From contig CAJINV010000007.1 in assembly GCA_905178155.1 (NCBI GenBank), positions 4,048,265 to 4,112,264 of the forward strand: a stretch of 64,000 nt of DNA. Direction: 5' to 3'. The translations under genes and the position numbers were made by a program. Positions 12,474-25,006 of this stretch are shown one piece after another (positions within the stretch are counted from its first letter, which is position 1; each line of letters begins with the position of its first letter). The notes beneath the pieces are model-generated. The model was not told where the DNA came from, ran no database searches, and saw only the letters and a list, made by a program, of their open reading frames with translations. The stretch comes from Amoebophrya sp. A120 (Eukaryota; Protista; Dinoflagellata).

Positions 12474-15400
12474 ATGCCGAAGAACCGCGATATAGATAAG
12501 CGGGTACCGAAGAACCCGCCCCAACAGATCAAAATCATTGTGGACAACTACAATGACGCGACCAATCTCGTTGCCCACCGGCGGAATTCCGTCGATTCTA
12601 GTCGCGGGGGAGGCGACGTGCAAGCGCCACCGCGTGACAACTACACCACGCGGCGAGCGAGCAACGACCGAGACCAGAGGCGCGGCGGCGCGTCAAGCAG
12701 GGAAAGGAATATAATCACGAGTAGCACAACTCGGGTTACTCTAGAACAAGCTGCACCTGCTCAGGACGAGGAACATCACAACAATTCGTCTTATAACAGA
12801 CGAGGTAATAAGAGTGACAGCAGAAGCAGGACAAGCAAAAGACGGCGGACGGACAGAGGCGGCACGACTGGAAACGGCCACAATAACCGCGGGAACAACA
12901 GGACAAATGACAGCGGGTATAAAAATAACCACAATAATTCCTCGAACCGACGCAGGTCGACGTCCCGACGGAGTAGATCGCGCTCTGGAGGAGGCTATGC
13001 ATTGCAAAAATGTCTGGGTCTGGAAGAATACAAACTTGTGATGCGCATTTCAGAACACAGAAAAATGTCTCATGCATAGGTAGCAAAAGCTGCCCACTTT
13101 CTGTCACCAAAATAGTGGATTTGTCATGCCGATTCGGCATGGCGGAAGCTTCTCGAAACCTGTGACACTAGAGCTTCCATGCCAGACCTTCTGTGTCATG
13201 CAAAAACAGCATGACTCTTCCAGACCCAGACACTTTTACATTTGATAGAGGCAGGAACATCAACCACACCAGTACTGGTGCGGTGCTGGAAGCGAATGAC
13301 AGAACGAACAGCCGAAGAGGTGCTGGTGGCCGAAACGGAAACAACAGCAGCTACTACAACGAAAGCAACGAGAACCATCGTAGTAACCGACGCGGGGGCG
13401 GCGATCGAGATATTAAAGAGAAGGATAATTACAAAGAACAAACTGCTGCCATATCTCATATCCAGGAGCAGACTAGCAAATCGAGCCGGGACAACCGAAG
13501 CGACCCGACAAGCAGTAGCAACAAATCCGGGTCGAAGAACAACGATAATAGATCACGACGTAGCAAAAACAGGTCCGAAAACCGGGATAACAAGAATAAG
13601 TTAGCCAATGGTAACGTCGCGACCGGCTCGAGCAGTGAGAATTACTCGCATCACCCGTCTTCAAAAGCCGTCGGAAACAAAAGAGACCACCTCGTCGAGA
13701 GTGCAAATGGCAACAGCAACAGCGCGGCTGGAGGAGGTGACCATAAAGACGGAGGCAGAGCGACGAAAACGCCAGGCAAGGCCGATCATGGGGGCTCTTC
13801 TAACGCGGATAACGAAAAGGGTGGAAACGCTGCAAGCGGGTCCTCGCAAGTACGAATTGTGCCGCCCGCAGCAGTCCTGATACCGAACAGCTCTGCGAAT
13901 GGCGGCGCGACTAGCGGGGGAGGTGCGCCCGGGAGCGGAATCACTCTAAAGCCCAGAAGTATAGTTTTGTTGTTGATGAAGATGACTGTGATGAACAATA
14001 GCCATTTAGTGATATTACTGACTGAGAGTATTTTTTTGGATTTGGGAAGAAGTTTTTCATGCTTCCTCATTAAAACAGGTGCTGTTCTGCAAGAGCGGAA
14101 GGAGCAAAATAAACCTGACGGAGTGATTCTGAAACGCCGCGACGACATCCAGCCTTCTTCATCAAGGTACGTTCTTTGATTTTGTCGATGTGAGAACTGC
14201 AAGACCACAGTGAAGCTGCTTTGCTTTTCCGATTTGATTTTGCATGACGACTTCTTTAAAAAAATCCTGGTCGTGGAGTTTTTTCTTTATCTTCAAAACA
14301 GCCATCCGCCCGCCCTTCCCAACGGCGGCCCCCCAAACAGCCGGCTTGAACTCCGATCCCGGCGTGAGGTGATCGAAGAGAGACGGCAGGAGGACTACTA
14401 CGGCGGCGGTCACAGTCACCGACACGACCATTACAACAGCACAAGCGGCGATAGCTACCACAACTATAATAACAACCCTGACGACGGATACCATGGCCGG
14501 GGCGGAAGCGGCGACCACCACTACTACAACGGTTACGACAACACCGGCAACGGTCCAGGAGGTAGCAGTTCTCACAACGGCGGCGGTGGTCCGCACAACA
14601 ACTCCGCAGGAAGTCATCATGACAATTACGGCACCAACAGTGTATCTGGCGGCAACATTCACCATCCTGCGCATTACAGCGACAGTAACCGCGGGGAGAA
14701 TAACTCGCATCGCGGGGACGGGCAGCTTTCCCGGCACGGCAATCAGAGCAATCGCAACGACCGGAGCAGGAACCGACGGAACCGGAGTCGGAGGAACAAG
14801 AGCTCCAGGAAAAATAACGGGAACAATGGGAGTCGGAACGGTGGGGGTCGAGGAGCAAATGTTGATCACGGTGGAGCTGCCGCAACATCCTCGAACAACA
14901 ATGCCACGCTCGGCAACTACAACATAAACTCCGAGGTGGATAACTTATCCAGGTCCTCCAGGTCTCTATCCCGCTCGAAGTCTTCCTCGTACAACAGCGA
15001 CAACGAACAGAATTCGGCGAGCAAAAAATCCAGCTACAATTCGGATGACGAGGAAAACGCGAATGAATCGAGCGATGAAGACGACGAGGAAAACGGTGGG
15101 GTTACCGTAAAAAATAATCACAATAAACGGACGCGGGGTGGAAAAAACAAAGAGTCCAGTGGTTCAGAAAAGGAGGTACTTATACGTACTTTAATTTCTT
15201 TGCGAAAAACCATAACCATGCTGCTCTTGCTTGTGACAGACACTTATTATTTTGAAGTAGTTCACTTTTCGAGATCATGTATGTGCTGCATCTACATTCA
15301 CATTCTCCTCTATGACATGTGATGACTTTGACTACCTTTATTTCTGATGAGCTTCTGGACAACTTCGTTGGTGTTCACCTATCAGGAATCCCCGTCCCGT

Positions 15401-17762
15401 TCGCGGTCCGACGACTCTGCCTCGGAATCCGACTCCAGTCCGGTCAGCAAAAAGCGAAAAAAACAGGGCTCCAAGAAGGCTTCGAAGCAAAACACCGGCG
15501 CCCAGGCCGCTTCTGTCTCCGCAGCTGGTGGCGGACAGCAGAACCAGCAGAGAGCCCCCGCAGGAGCCTCCTCGGTGGCCGCGGCCGCGCATCCACTACA
15601 TCACCCCACGATCGTGGCGCAACAACCGCAGCCCAAGCTCGTACAGTTACTCCAACAGCATGAGATGAATTCCTCAGCGGCGTTGTACGCAACATCAGCA
15701 ACGAGGACGACCGCGACTACCGTGACGAATCCTCCCGCGGCGACTAATGCCCACGCGTATCACCACACCAGTAACATGACGCTGTCCACGGTGACACCAA
15801 AATCAAACACGTTCAACAGCAACGTAAATCACGGAATGCTGAACAGTGGCGCATCGGGCGCGTCCGGAAGCAACGCCAATCAGGACGCCGTGGAAGAGAA
15901 AGTAAAAATGAGGACAGAATAAAAATCGATGAGTTGGCAGCTGATAATGCTGGAAATATCAAGCACATAGAAAATTTGAGTTTTTGGTGCATTTGGATTT
16001 GAAGAAGACGCTGTTGCATGATTGCGAGAAACATGTGTGGGTCTGGTATAGTTCCATGCGGTAGCATTACTTTTGATAATTCTCGTGCGTCATCTTCTTT
16101 GTACAGGAACAATATCTACATCAAGAGCCATCAAACTTAACACTACAGTACGCGTCCGACCCGCGACATATCCTCTTAGTTTCGAACCTTCCGGACGACA
16201 AATTTGACCAGCAGGTCGTAACGGATCACTTCCAAAAGTTTGGCACGGTCAAATCTGTCGAACTCAACCCGGAAGAGAAGACGGCGCTGGTATTATACTA
16301 ATAGTCCTCGTGCGACCACAGTCATGCGCTCAATGATTCTTGCGCTTGCCTTGGCCATGGTGCTGGATCTTGATCTCTGACTCTGTTTGTTACGCAGCAT
16401 GATCTTCTTCACTGAGGATTTAGAGAAATCTGAACTCCTATTCGCATGTGATGCTTTGTCATCAAGAACCGTGAAGATAAAATTTTATCGAAAACTCCAT
16501 TCTCGCAGATTTGTTTTGACGAGTGGAAGTCCGTGGGCGCCGCGTGCCGCCATAACGGGCTGCACATAACTTTGAACGTGAAAGTGATGGACCCGAAGAA
16601 GCAGTTTGCGTCGGCGGTGGACGGGGACCAGTTGGATTCCGAAACGAAGCGCCTGCTGGAAAAGTATACGGGGATGCTGCAGAAGCTCATGGCGCTGATG
16701 GCCAAGTGCGGCGACGAGGATTCCGCCAAGAAGGAACAGCTGAACGCAAAAGTCATCAAGGTAGAATAGTGGAGTTTTTCTCATTTTTTGATACTAGCGT
16801 AGAATGCTGCAACCACTACTTCTATTCGGAATGATTTGGTTGTACTTTCACTTTCACCATCTTCACAAACAAGGTAGAATGATCAAGATCCTTATGTCGG
16901 GATTGGAATTGCATCTTTGTGTTTGTCCTCTCAGGTGAAAGAGCAGATGGCTGTGCTAACGGACGCTAAAAAAACCCGAGAGCAGCAGTGGGAGGAGCAA
17001 AGCACCAACGTGGGCCCCGGTGCCTGGCGCAACGGCGACCCCAACCAGAACTGGTGGCCCGGGGGCGACGTCAATAAGGAGGACGAGGAGCAGGGACAGG
17101 AACAGGAGGGAGGGAACAATGGGGAAGAAGGGAACACGAACAACCAGGACCAACAGGATCACAATATTAGTGCTGATCAGTATAATCAGGACCAGCAGCA
17201 GCAGCAAACCCACCATGCTGAAGAGCGGGGGGAGCAACTACAGGGAGCATCGCAGCAAAATGCGGCCGCGACAGAGGACAACCAGCAAGAACATCTTCAG
17301 AATGTGCTGCCGACGAGGACGGCAGCAGGAGCAGATGCTGCACAAGAAAACAGCAATGTAGGAGCTGTTGCAGCTGCAGAGGAGGACGAGGACATATCCT
17401 GAGTAAAAACGTACCCACACCATAGTTGTCATGCAAATCTGCATGCTTAAAATGTTTGTCATGCGGAGCCCCATGAGAAGCATTTTCTAAGGGTGTTTTG
17501 AAATTTGTCATGCTCCAATCAGCATGAGAGACTAGATCTGTAATGCTGCTGAACTAGCTCAAACAGCACTACACTACGCGTCCAAATTTGTCATGCGAAA
17601 CAAGCAAAGTTGGCCGATTTGTCTAGCAGATTTTCCATCTTGACTCTGGTGTGGGTACGTTTTTACTCAGGATAGGACAGCGACAGTCACGAGTATGTCG
17701 AGGTCGAGGTAACGGACGATGAGGACGACGACGAGGAAGAAAATCAACAGCAGCAGGGGTAA
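12474..17762 (+). CDS. RRM-containing RNA-binding protein, RBM26/27-like, with R/S/N/G-rich low-complexity N-terminus; 9 exons
   Basis: Spliced RRM YASDPRHILLVSNLPDDKFDQQVVTDHFQKFGTVKSVELNPEEKTAL|ICFDEWKSVGAA, then coiled coil KRLLEKYTGMLQKLMALM. GT-AG introns 13959-14078, 14167-14301, 15176-15385, 15902-16148, 16290-16508, 16761-16934; non-canonical introns at 12996 and 17395. Confidence 0.7.
12996..13247 (+). mobile_element. Introner-like intron (TAT...ATA, TIR, TSD GAGGC)
   Basis: TIR core aaaa(a/g)tgtctgggtctggaaga at both ends. Perfect GAGGC duplication at 12991-12995/13248-13252. Removing 257 nt joins ORFs 12474 and 13193. Confidence 0.9.
17395..17674 (+). mobile_element. Introner-like intron (28-bp perfect TIR, TSD GGACA)
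   Basis: tatcctgagtaaaaacgtacccacacca and its exact reverse complement. GGACA at 17390-17394 and 17675-17679. Removal extends the ORF with SDSHEYVEVEVTDDEDDDEEENQQQQG* (stop 17760-17762). Confidence 0.92.
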
Positions 17763-18869
17763 ATGAAACGAATCTTCATCACGATGTTGAAGAGGAGCAG
17801 TTCCGAACATAATAAATTGGCTAGTGCTGATCCTGATGTCCCGGATAGAAGAAGATCTATCAAATTCGAGCTGCAAGTTGGTCAAACGACACGACCGATC
17901 AGGCTACATTGAAGATGCACTCGACAGCACAAAAAGGCGACCGACACGAGGACCCGTAAATAATGACTGTCCATAATTTTTCACAAGAATACAGCAAATT
18001 TTGATTCCAAAATATTGAGTGATTTGAGCCCTTGAGCTCATGAAGATGTGACGACGTATGTACCGACTTATTTTCCGCTTTTCATCTACTGATTCGTGAA
18101 CACCTAGACTACGAAAAATTCACATCTGTCTATCAGTAAATAATATTACACCAGTTTTATTCAATACCTCAGCACAAAGTATCTTTTTATCATTTGTTTT
18201 TCGGGTAGATAGCACCTTGCTCACTTCTCAATCTCTGTGGTAGGGTAAATGATCCAAATTTGGCGAGGATTTTTCCATTTCCTGTCGCACGGGTCTAATT
18301 TTTCGAAGGAGGCATGAAAACAGTGAACTTTTCTATAAATTTTTCGTCATTACAATGTCAATCGTATTGCCGTACCCCCTGGCAATGAAAGGAGTGAGAG
18401 TTTATGTAAGTTAAAGTGTAGTGCTTTTCTTGGCTGCACCCCGAAGTTGTAAAGCCACTTTCTGATATGTACTGCCCAACCCCTTGATGAACTGGTAGTC
18501 TGCCTAGGCAAAATTTCCCATGATTTCAGCTACAACTTCGTAGATTTACCCCGGCACGTACATGCTACATACCATATTCGCCTACCAGCCCTCGCGCATG
18601 GACAAAACCTAATACTCCGTCTTCCCTATTATTTGATTCACTATTTTTCGCCTCAGAGAAATCATTTTTCACCTCTGACCTTTGTTGATTCACGGATGTT
18701 GGGATTTCAATGTCAACAGCTCCGGGGCTGCTCTCATCGAAATGGCCTATGTAGTGTATTACAGCGAGAGATGAAGAAGTGCTGGCATGAACAAGATCAC
18801 CAGCATCACAGCGACCTCATGTTTTTCTAAGAATTTGGAAACGAAACGAACACCAGACTTTCAAATTCT

Positions 18870-19590
18870 CTTTACCGCCGAAGCATATTCTTAGCATCCG
18901 GCCACCTCGTACTTCGAAAAAACTTCAAAAAGACTTCAAAGATGAGTTCAGTGCGAGTTCAATACGAACGCCGACAAAATCCTATACTTATCATAAAGTC
19001 ATTTGACCTGTTGCAAAATCGAAGAGAGCCAGCGTTTCTGTCGAAAGTCAGCTGACTTTGCGTGGAGTTTGCAATAACTCAAATGACTTTTTGCGGAATT
19101 TGCACCAAAAAAAGTCAATTGACTTTGTGCTAATTTCAAGACAAGTCAAATGCCTTTTTCTGAATTCGGCTCATTTCACAGACAGGCAGCAAAAGTTTGA
19201 AGAATGTGCCCAATTTTTTTGCAGAAGTCAGTTGACTTTTCTGGAAATTAGCATAAAGTCAATGGACTTTTTTTGATGCAAATTCCGCACAAAGTCATTT
19301 GACCTTGCCTGGAAGTTGTCAAAAGTCAAGTGACCTGTGCCCTTTTTGAAGTCAACGGATTTGGGCAAATTATTGAACTCGGATTAGACTCGTAATGAAC
19401 TCGCTTTTGAACTCGTGCTCCGGTCTTTTTGAAAACTCTAAAAGTACGAGGTGGTCCCGTGCTAAATATTCCTGCGCAGCCTGTTTTGCGATCGGGTTGG
19501 CCATTCTTGTTGTTGTTGCCATAGGGGAAAAAAACCTGCAAAGACATAACATTAACATTTTGAGAGAATTTTGAGCGGTAAAGGGCAGCC
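18870..19590. repeat. Degenerate long inverted repeat (foldback/MITE-like) containing ~10 copies of palindrome AAAGTCANNTGACTTT
   Basis: 19081-19158 pairs with 19224-19300. ggccacctcgtactt (18900) pairs with aagtacgaggtggtcc (to 19457). gagttca...gcgagttca..tacga pairs across the same axis. Perfect palindromes at 19044-19059 and 19111-19126. Confidence 0.8.
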
Positions 19591-19960
19591 AAATTTGTCT
19601 TCGTTGAAGAACGAAGCGGTTCCAGAGAACGGGAAAGTAGAGCCTTCTTCTCGAACCTAAGAGGAACTTTCGTTCCAATGAAGAACTAAGTTCGTTTGCA
19701 CCACTCGCCAAAAATGAATCGAAAGCAAATCGTCTCAGTCATGCATCGTGAGGACATGACTGACACAAAAATCGCAATTACCCATAAAGTCGTCTTCATG
19801 AGATGAAATAGAGAAAAGTGGCCAAGTACGACACACAAAACCAGAACGGGAAAAAAATGAAAGTGGGAGCTTTATTTTGTATTCTATGAAACTACCTGAT
19901 TAAACTCAAAAATAAACCTGCAAAGACTCCAACTCCTTCCTCAAGACAAAGTTCAACAAG

Positions 19961-22900
19961 ATGTTGCGGGCCTGCAGTTTTCTGTTTCCCTCGCTTGGAT
20001 CTTCATCCTCCTCCTCGGCGGCTTCGGCTACGCCGAGCACAGGCAATGTCTGCACTATCGTCAACGGAGAAGACCAGAACCCCGACGAGCGCCAGGACAA
20101 AAATAGTTTTACGTCTTTGTCGGAGGCAGGAGGCACTGGTGCCGTACCAGGAGTTACGACCAAACCGCCCAAAGGTAGACCCACTTCCTCCCTCATTATT
20201 CACTCCACTGCGGCAACGGCCTGTGCGGCGAGCTTCGTTTGGAACATTCACGCGGTCTTCTTGCAGAAAGAGTACGTCCTGCTCGCAGCGCACTACGGAA
20301 TCACCTCGGCTGCGCTCTTGTCGACGCTGTTAGCGGTGCTGGGCGGGAACGCGTTGGTGCAATTATTGCGGGAGCAACAGAACTCCAATTCGGCTTTGTT
20401 GGGAGCAGCTACAGCTATTTCAGTTGCTGGATTGGATGCAAGTCGAAAAAAGGTGAAACTGTTCAACGAAGAGGAACGCTTTCGGCAGATCCTCCGCGAG
20501 CGGTTCACCGACGGCGAATATTCCGTCCTGATGTACATGCTGCTCAGCAGTCTGCCGGCCAGCCTGAACGCGTTGGCGTTCAGTACCAGCAGCACGCTTC
20601 TGCCGGTCGGCGCGAACTTGATTTTGCCGTTCCAGCTGTTTCTTCCCGGTTTGCTCGGATCAGCGGCGTTGTTTGAAAAGTGGCACCGGGAAATTCTGTT
20701 CTCCGCGTTCGGGGAAGTGGAGGGGGAAGACGGTAGCGACGCATCGTCGAACTCGAAACGAAATGGAGACTCGCACTCCTCCGGTGTTGCGGATATGGCA
20801 AGCAGATTCGGTTTTCACCTGGAAAAATCCTCTGCGAGGAGGACTTCAAAATCCTCTTCATCAACATCTGAAGATCACAAAGAAATACTAGACCACCAGC
20901 AACCAAGAACCGACTCCAGCAATAGCTCCAGCCCGGACCTGAAGTTCAAAAATCTGGTGGATGCTGACCACGGAGATAGTACCAGCAAGACGCCGCTACA
21001 TGACGTTTCTACCACTTCGACGTTGACCGGGGGTGAAGGCGGATTCTCGTCCTCTTCTTCGAAAAACACAAGTGATTTTGGCGAAGATCATACGAATCAC
21101 GACATGCTTGATATCAGTGAGGATGGCGCCCTTGTTGCAGGAGGAGCAAGAGGGGCATTGCAGTCGGCTGCTGCTTCCAAATTGTTAGTTAGCGCTGCAG
21201 GATCAGGAACGAAGGAGGCTTCAAGTTCAAGAGCAACAACTGCCTCTACAACTCCGGTGTCAAATGATTCCTCCACACATCAACCGTGGACCTGGGTGAC
21301 TACCATCCAGGAGGCGACCAAACACATCTCCGACTACCTGCAGAAGCAGGCCGGCGCGAAGGAGTTCGCGACACTGCAGGTTTGCGGCATGGCCTTTGAC
21401 CTGTGCGTCGACTACGTGATGACGCAGTGGCGCGGCGCGTTCTTCGACACTTTTCAGACGAAGAATGTGCTGAAATTCCAGGAGTTGCTGAAATCCTTCG
21501 GCGTCATTGCGATTTCCAACATGGTCGCGAGCTCCTACAGCGACTACATGACGGGGCTCTGGGACCTGCACGCCCGGGCCTACTTCGTCGACCGGTTTGC
21601 GACTCGCTTCTGGTTAAAGGACGCCGCGTTTTACAAAATGGCGCTGGTGGGCGGGGGATACGGGAGCTTGTACGGCGAGGAGCTGGAAAATAAGGCGGGA
21701 AAAAGAAGACCTTCGCAGAATGGAGATCTAGAAGACGGTGAAGTAGAAGAAAACCTGGTTGTACTCGAAGGCGGTGTGACGGTTGAGTCGGACCGCGAGA
21801 CCGGAACAACGGCAATCGCCGCCAGAACGAGGATGAACACCACCAGAACAAATCGTGACTCTTTACTAGCTTCAACTCAAACTAGAAACTTCTTTTCGCA
21901 ACCCGACGAACTGCGGAATTGCGATCAGCGATTGCACGAAGACGTGCAGGCGTTTGTCGGCGGCAGTCGGAGGTTGACGTTTGGATTCGCAGACGCGGTG
22001 TTGCGGTTGGCGTTCTTCTTTCCACAACTCGTCTACCACTCGCCGCCGGGTCTCTGGGAATTGTGCTTGCTCATGTCTGTTGGTATAGAGTTGTTTATAA
22101 TTATTTTCTTCTGCAGATTGCATCTTGATCTTCAGTAGTTGAACATGACAATGACTCTGGCTCACTCTCACACAATAATTTTTTTGTTGCATGCCCCTGA
22201 AGATTGCAAAGTCGAAATTTTCCCTCACAAACACAACAGTTTCCTCCATCATGACCCACCAACTCGGTAAAGAGCTGCTTCCCGCCAACATGGCCATCCA
22301 GAACGCCGAGGCACAATTTCGCGACGGGTTGATTTCCGTGCAGAACCGCGCCGAGCCGCTGGCGTTGCAAAACCTCAACGACGCTGGGCTGATCCAACGG
22401 CGCTTCCAAGAGGTCCGCATTGCGCTCTGGAACAGCATGCAGGTCGGGTTTCGATTGCAGTTGTTCACGACTTCTTACGGGTTGCTCGCCGGCGTGTTGC
22501 CCTTCCTCCTCCTCGCTCCGTCCTTTTTCCAAGGGCACATCACGATGGGCGCCATGTTCCAGCTGGAGGCGATCATTGGGCAGGTGCAAGGGTCGCTGGA
22601 CTTCTTCATGTCCACCTACGCGGATTTCGCGAGTTGGCGGGTGACGACCGACCGGTTGCTGGCAATGCAGAAGTTCTGCGAGTGTGAGGAAAAGATGGCG
22701 GGGGTGCGGGGGATAGGGTTCAACACTGGAGGCCGCGGGGCGTCGAGCGGTAGACCCCTGGCGTTGATGGACAGGAACAGGGAAAGGGAAGATGGACAAG
22801 TGGAGAGCGGAACTGCACCTGAAGATCTAGTAGCTGCAGTTGAAGGACACGCAACACACTCGAATGGTGGAATTGACCTTCACTTCGAGGAAATCAATTT

Positions 22901-24053
22901 CGGAGCACCGCCAGTGGTTGAGGATGAAGATGCGGACGATTCCATCGCTGATGAAGAGGCTGCAGGTGCTGCAGGAAGTACACCCCCCTCGACCGCTGCA
23001 ACACCAGCACTACAAAACCTCCACTTCACACTACAGCCCGGCCAAAAGCGCTTGATTCTCGCGGAAAGTGGTGCGGGAAAGAGTGTTTTGGTCCGGTGCT
23101 TGGCAGGCATTTGGCCGAGTTGTTGGATCAAGATGAAAAACGAAGCCAGTTGCACCAACAGCCTCTCGTCGTCCTCTTCCTCCTCTCTTTGCGGCAGAAG
23201 TAGAGCGAACACCATAGACCGCACTGCCATCTTCTTCGTATCCGAACTCACATGCGTTCTGCAGATAATGGGGAGCGACCACTTGACTTTGTTCGAGGCG
23301 TTGACTCTGTTTCTAACGGCCGGGAAGACCAACGCGAAATCTGTGACTGACGGAGCAGCAGAAAATGAGTCCAATATCGTTGACACCGTGGTCGACGGTC
23401 GAATGCAGCTGGCGCAGTTCGCAGGCGACGAAACGGCTACTGAGGAAGTTGCTACCAACGCCAGCGTAGTAGAACACAATGACAATGCTGCAAGACCCAC
23501 TCGCCAAAGTGCACAAGGTGCAGACACGCCGACAATAGAACAACATCCAAATAAATCCTCCGAAGAACCCGGCCTCTACGAAACCACCCAAAAAGCTCTT
23601 CTCCTCGCAGGGCTCCCGGACTGGGTCCCGAAACTGCACGAGAAGCAAGGCAACGGCCAGCAACTTCCGAATGCGGTGTCCGCGGAGGTGCGCGGACGCC
23701 TGGTGTTTGCACTGGTTTTCGTCGCGGTTTTGAGCAAAGGACATTGTTCTACGTCTGCGCACATCAAGAAGAAGTTTTTCATTATCGACGATTTCCTCAG
23801 CCGGCACAATCTGCAGGAAGCTGTTGCGGAGGAACTGGTTTCGACGTTGATCGATCTTTTGAGCGAGGATCAGGCCATCGCGATATTTGCCCGGCCGGGA
23901 GCGAGTGGCGTGGTGAATTTGTTTTCTTCGCGGAAAAGTGCTAGTCTTTTGGGAGCACCAGCACCAGTGTCGCCAGACGAGGAAGCGGCACGAAAAGGAA
24001 ATTTAGTTGGTGGGTGGGATCCTGTTTCTATTTGCTCATTGGAAAACCTGTAA
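19961..24053 (+). CDS. ABCD/YddA-type ABC transporter (TMD + degenerate NBD), 2 exons
   Basis: NCDQRLHEDVQAF (cf. NPDQRI.EDV), EAA-like AEAQFRDGLISVQNRAEPLAL, LLAPSFFQGHITMG, Walker A-like AESGAGKS. GT-AG intron 22083-22239 joins the two ORFs in frame. Confidence 0.8.
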
Positions 24054-25006
24054 AAAGTTTCAACTTCTTCGACCTTGTTAAACGACGTTCAAACTAGAAC
24101 TACAACTTGATGATCGGACCTCGTCACTCATTTCCTAGAAACACGAAATCTAACGACTACTGACTGAGCTTCAAATTTTGGATTCCTAGATGGAACGACT
24201 TCCACGCTTTGAGACTGATAGACAGATTCGTCCTCATCGCAACTATACTATCACGAGGTTTGCGTTTGTTGTGCATCCTTGCCTGCTCTTAGTTACTGCT
24301 CCTTAAATATATCTGAATCAATTAGGTGTTGAGGGTTACTTTGGAAATTTTGCTATCGATACTCGTCACGATTTGGCGCAACCCGAACTCTTATGATTGA
24401 TCGGAGGGTTGCAAAAAACGCCTTGAAATATTGGGCTCGGAGCGCGTCCTTTTGATGCTGAAACAGAACTAAGTTTGTCATCGTCATGAGCTTTTTTTCT
24501 CCTGTCAGAATGTGAAAAGGCATGTAAGTGCGCTTGATTGTTGATTTTTTTCGGGTGAGGTCTTCACACGCTGGTGGTGGTGTTGGGTCCCTTGAAATGG
24601 TTTAGTTGCATACGCGAAAGGCTTGTTGTTGCCCAGCAGTGCTCCATGGGTCTCCTGCAAGGGCATAGAGTATGCGTATGCGAAGAGCGAAAAACGGCCC
24701 CAGAATCAAACAGGTCGATAATTTTTTATCATGCTTCACGATTGGGGTCGCCTTAGTGTGTTATAGTGTCTATTTGAGCTATTTGATTACTGATTATCAT
24801 CGGTCCTTTTTTTATCAGCGGCAGCAGCTTGTCGTGCATGCATGACTGTAGTTGAAGTTGATTTCCATCCTTACGTCGGTCCACCTTAAGAACAAAAACA
24901 AAAATAGATCTTTCATCCTTTTTGTCCTTTTTTCGCATGGCATGGTCTGAGCGCATAGTTCTTTTTTTCGCTTGAGTACAAAGATACTACTTGTCATCAA
25001 TACAAC

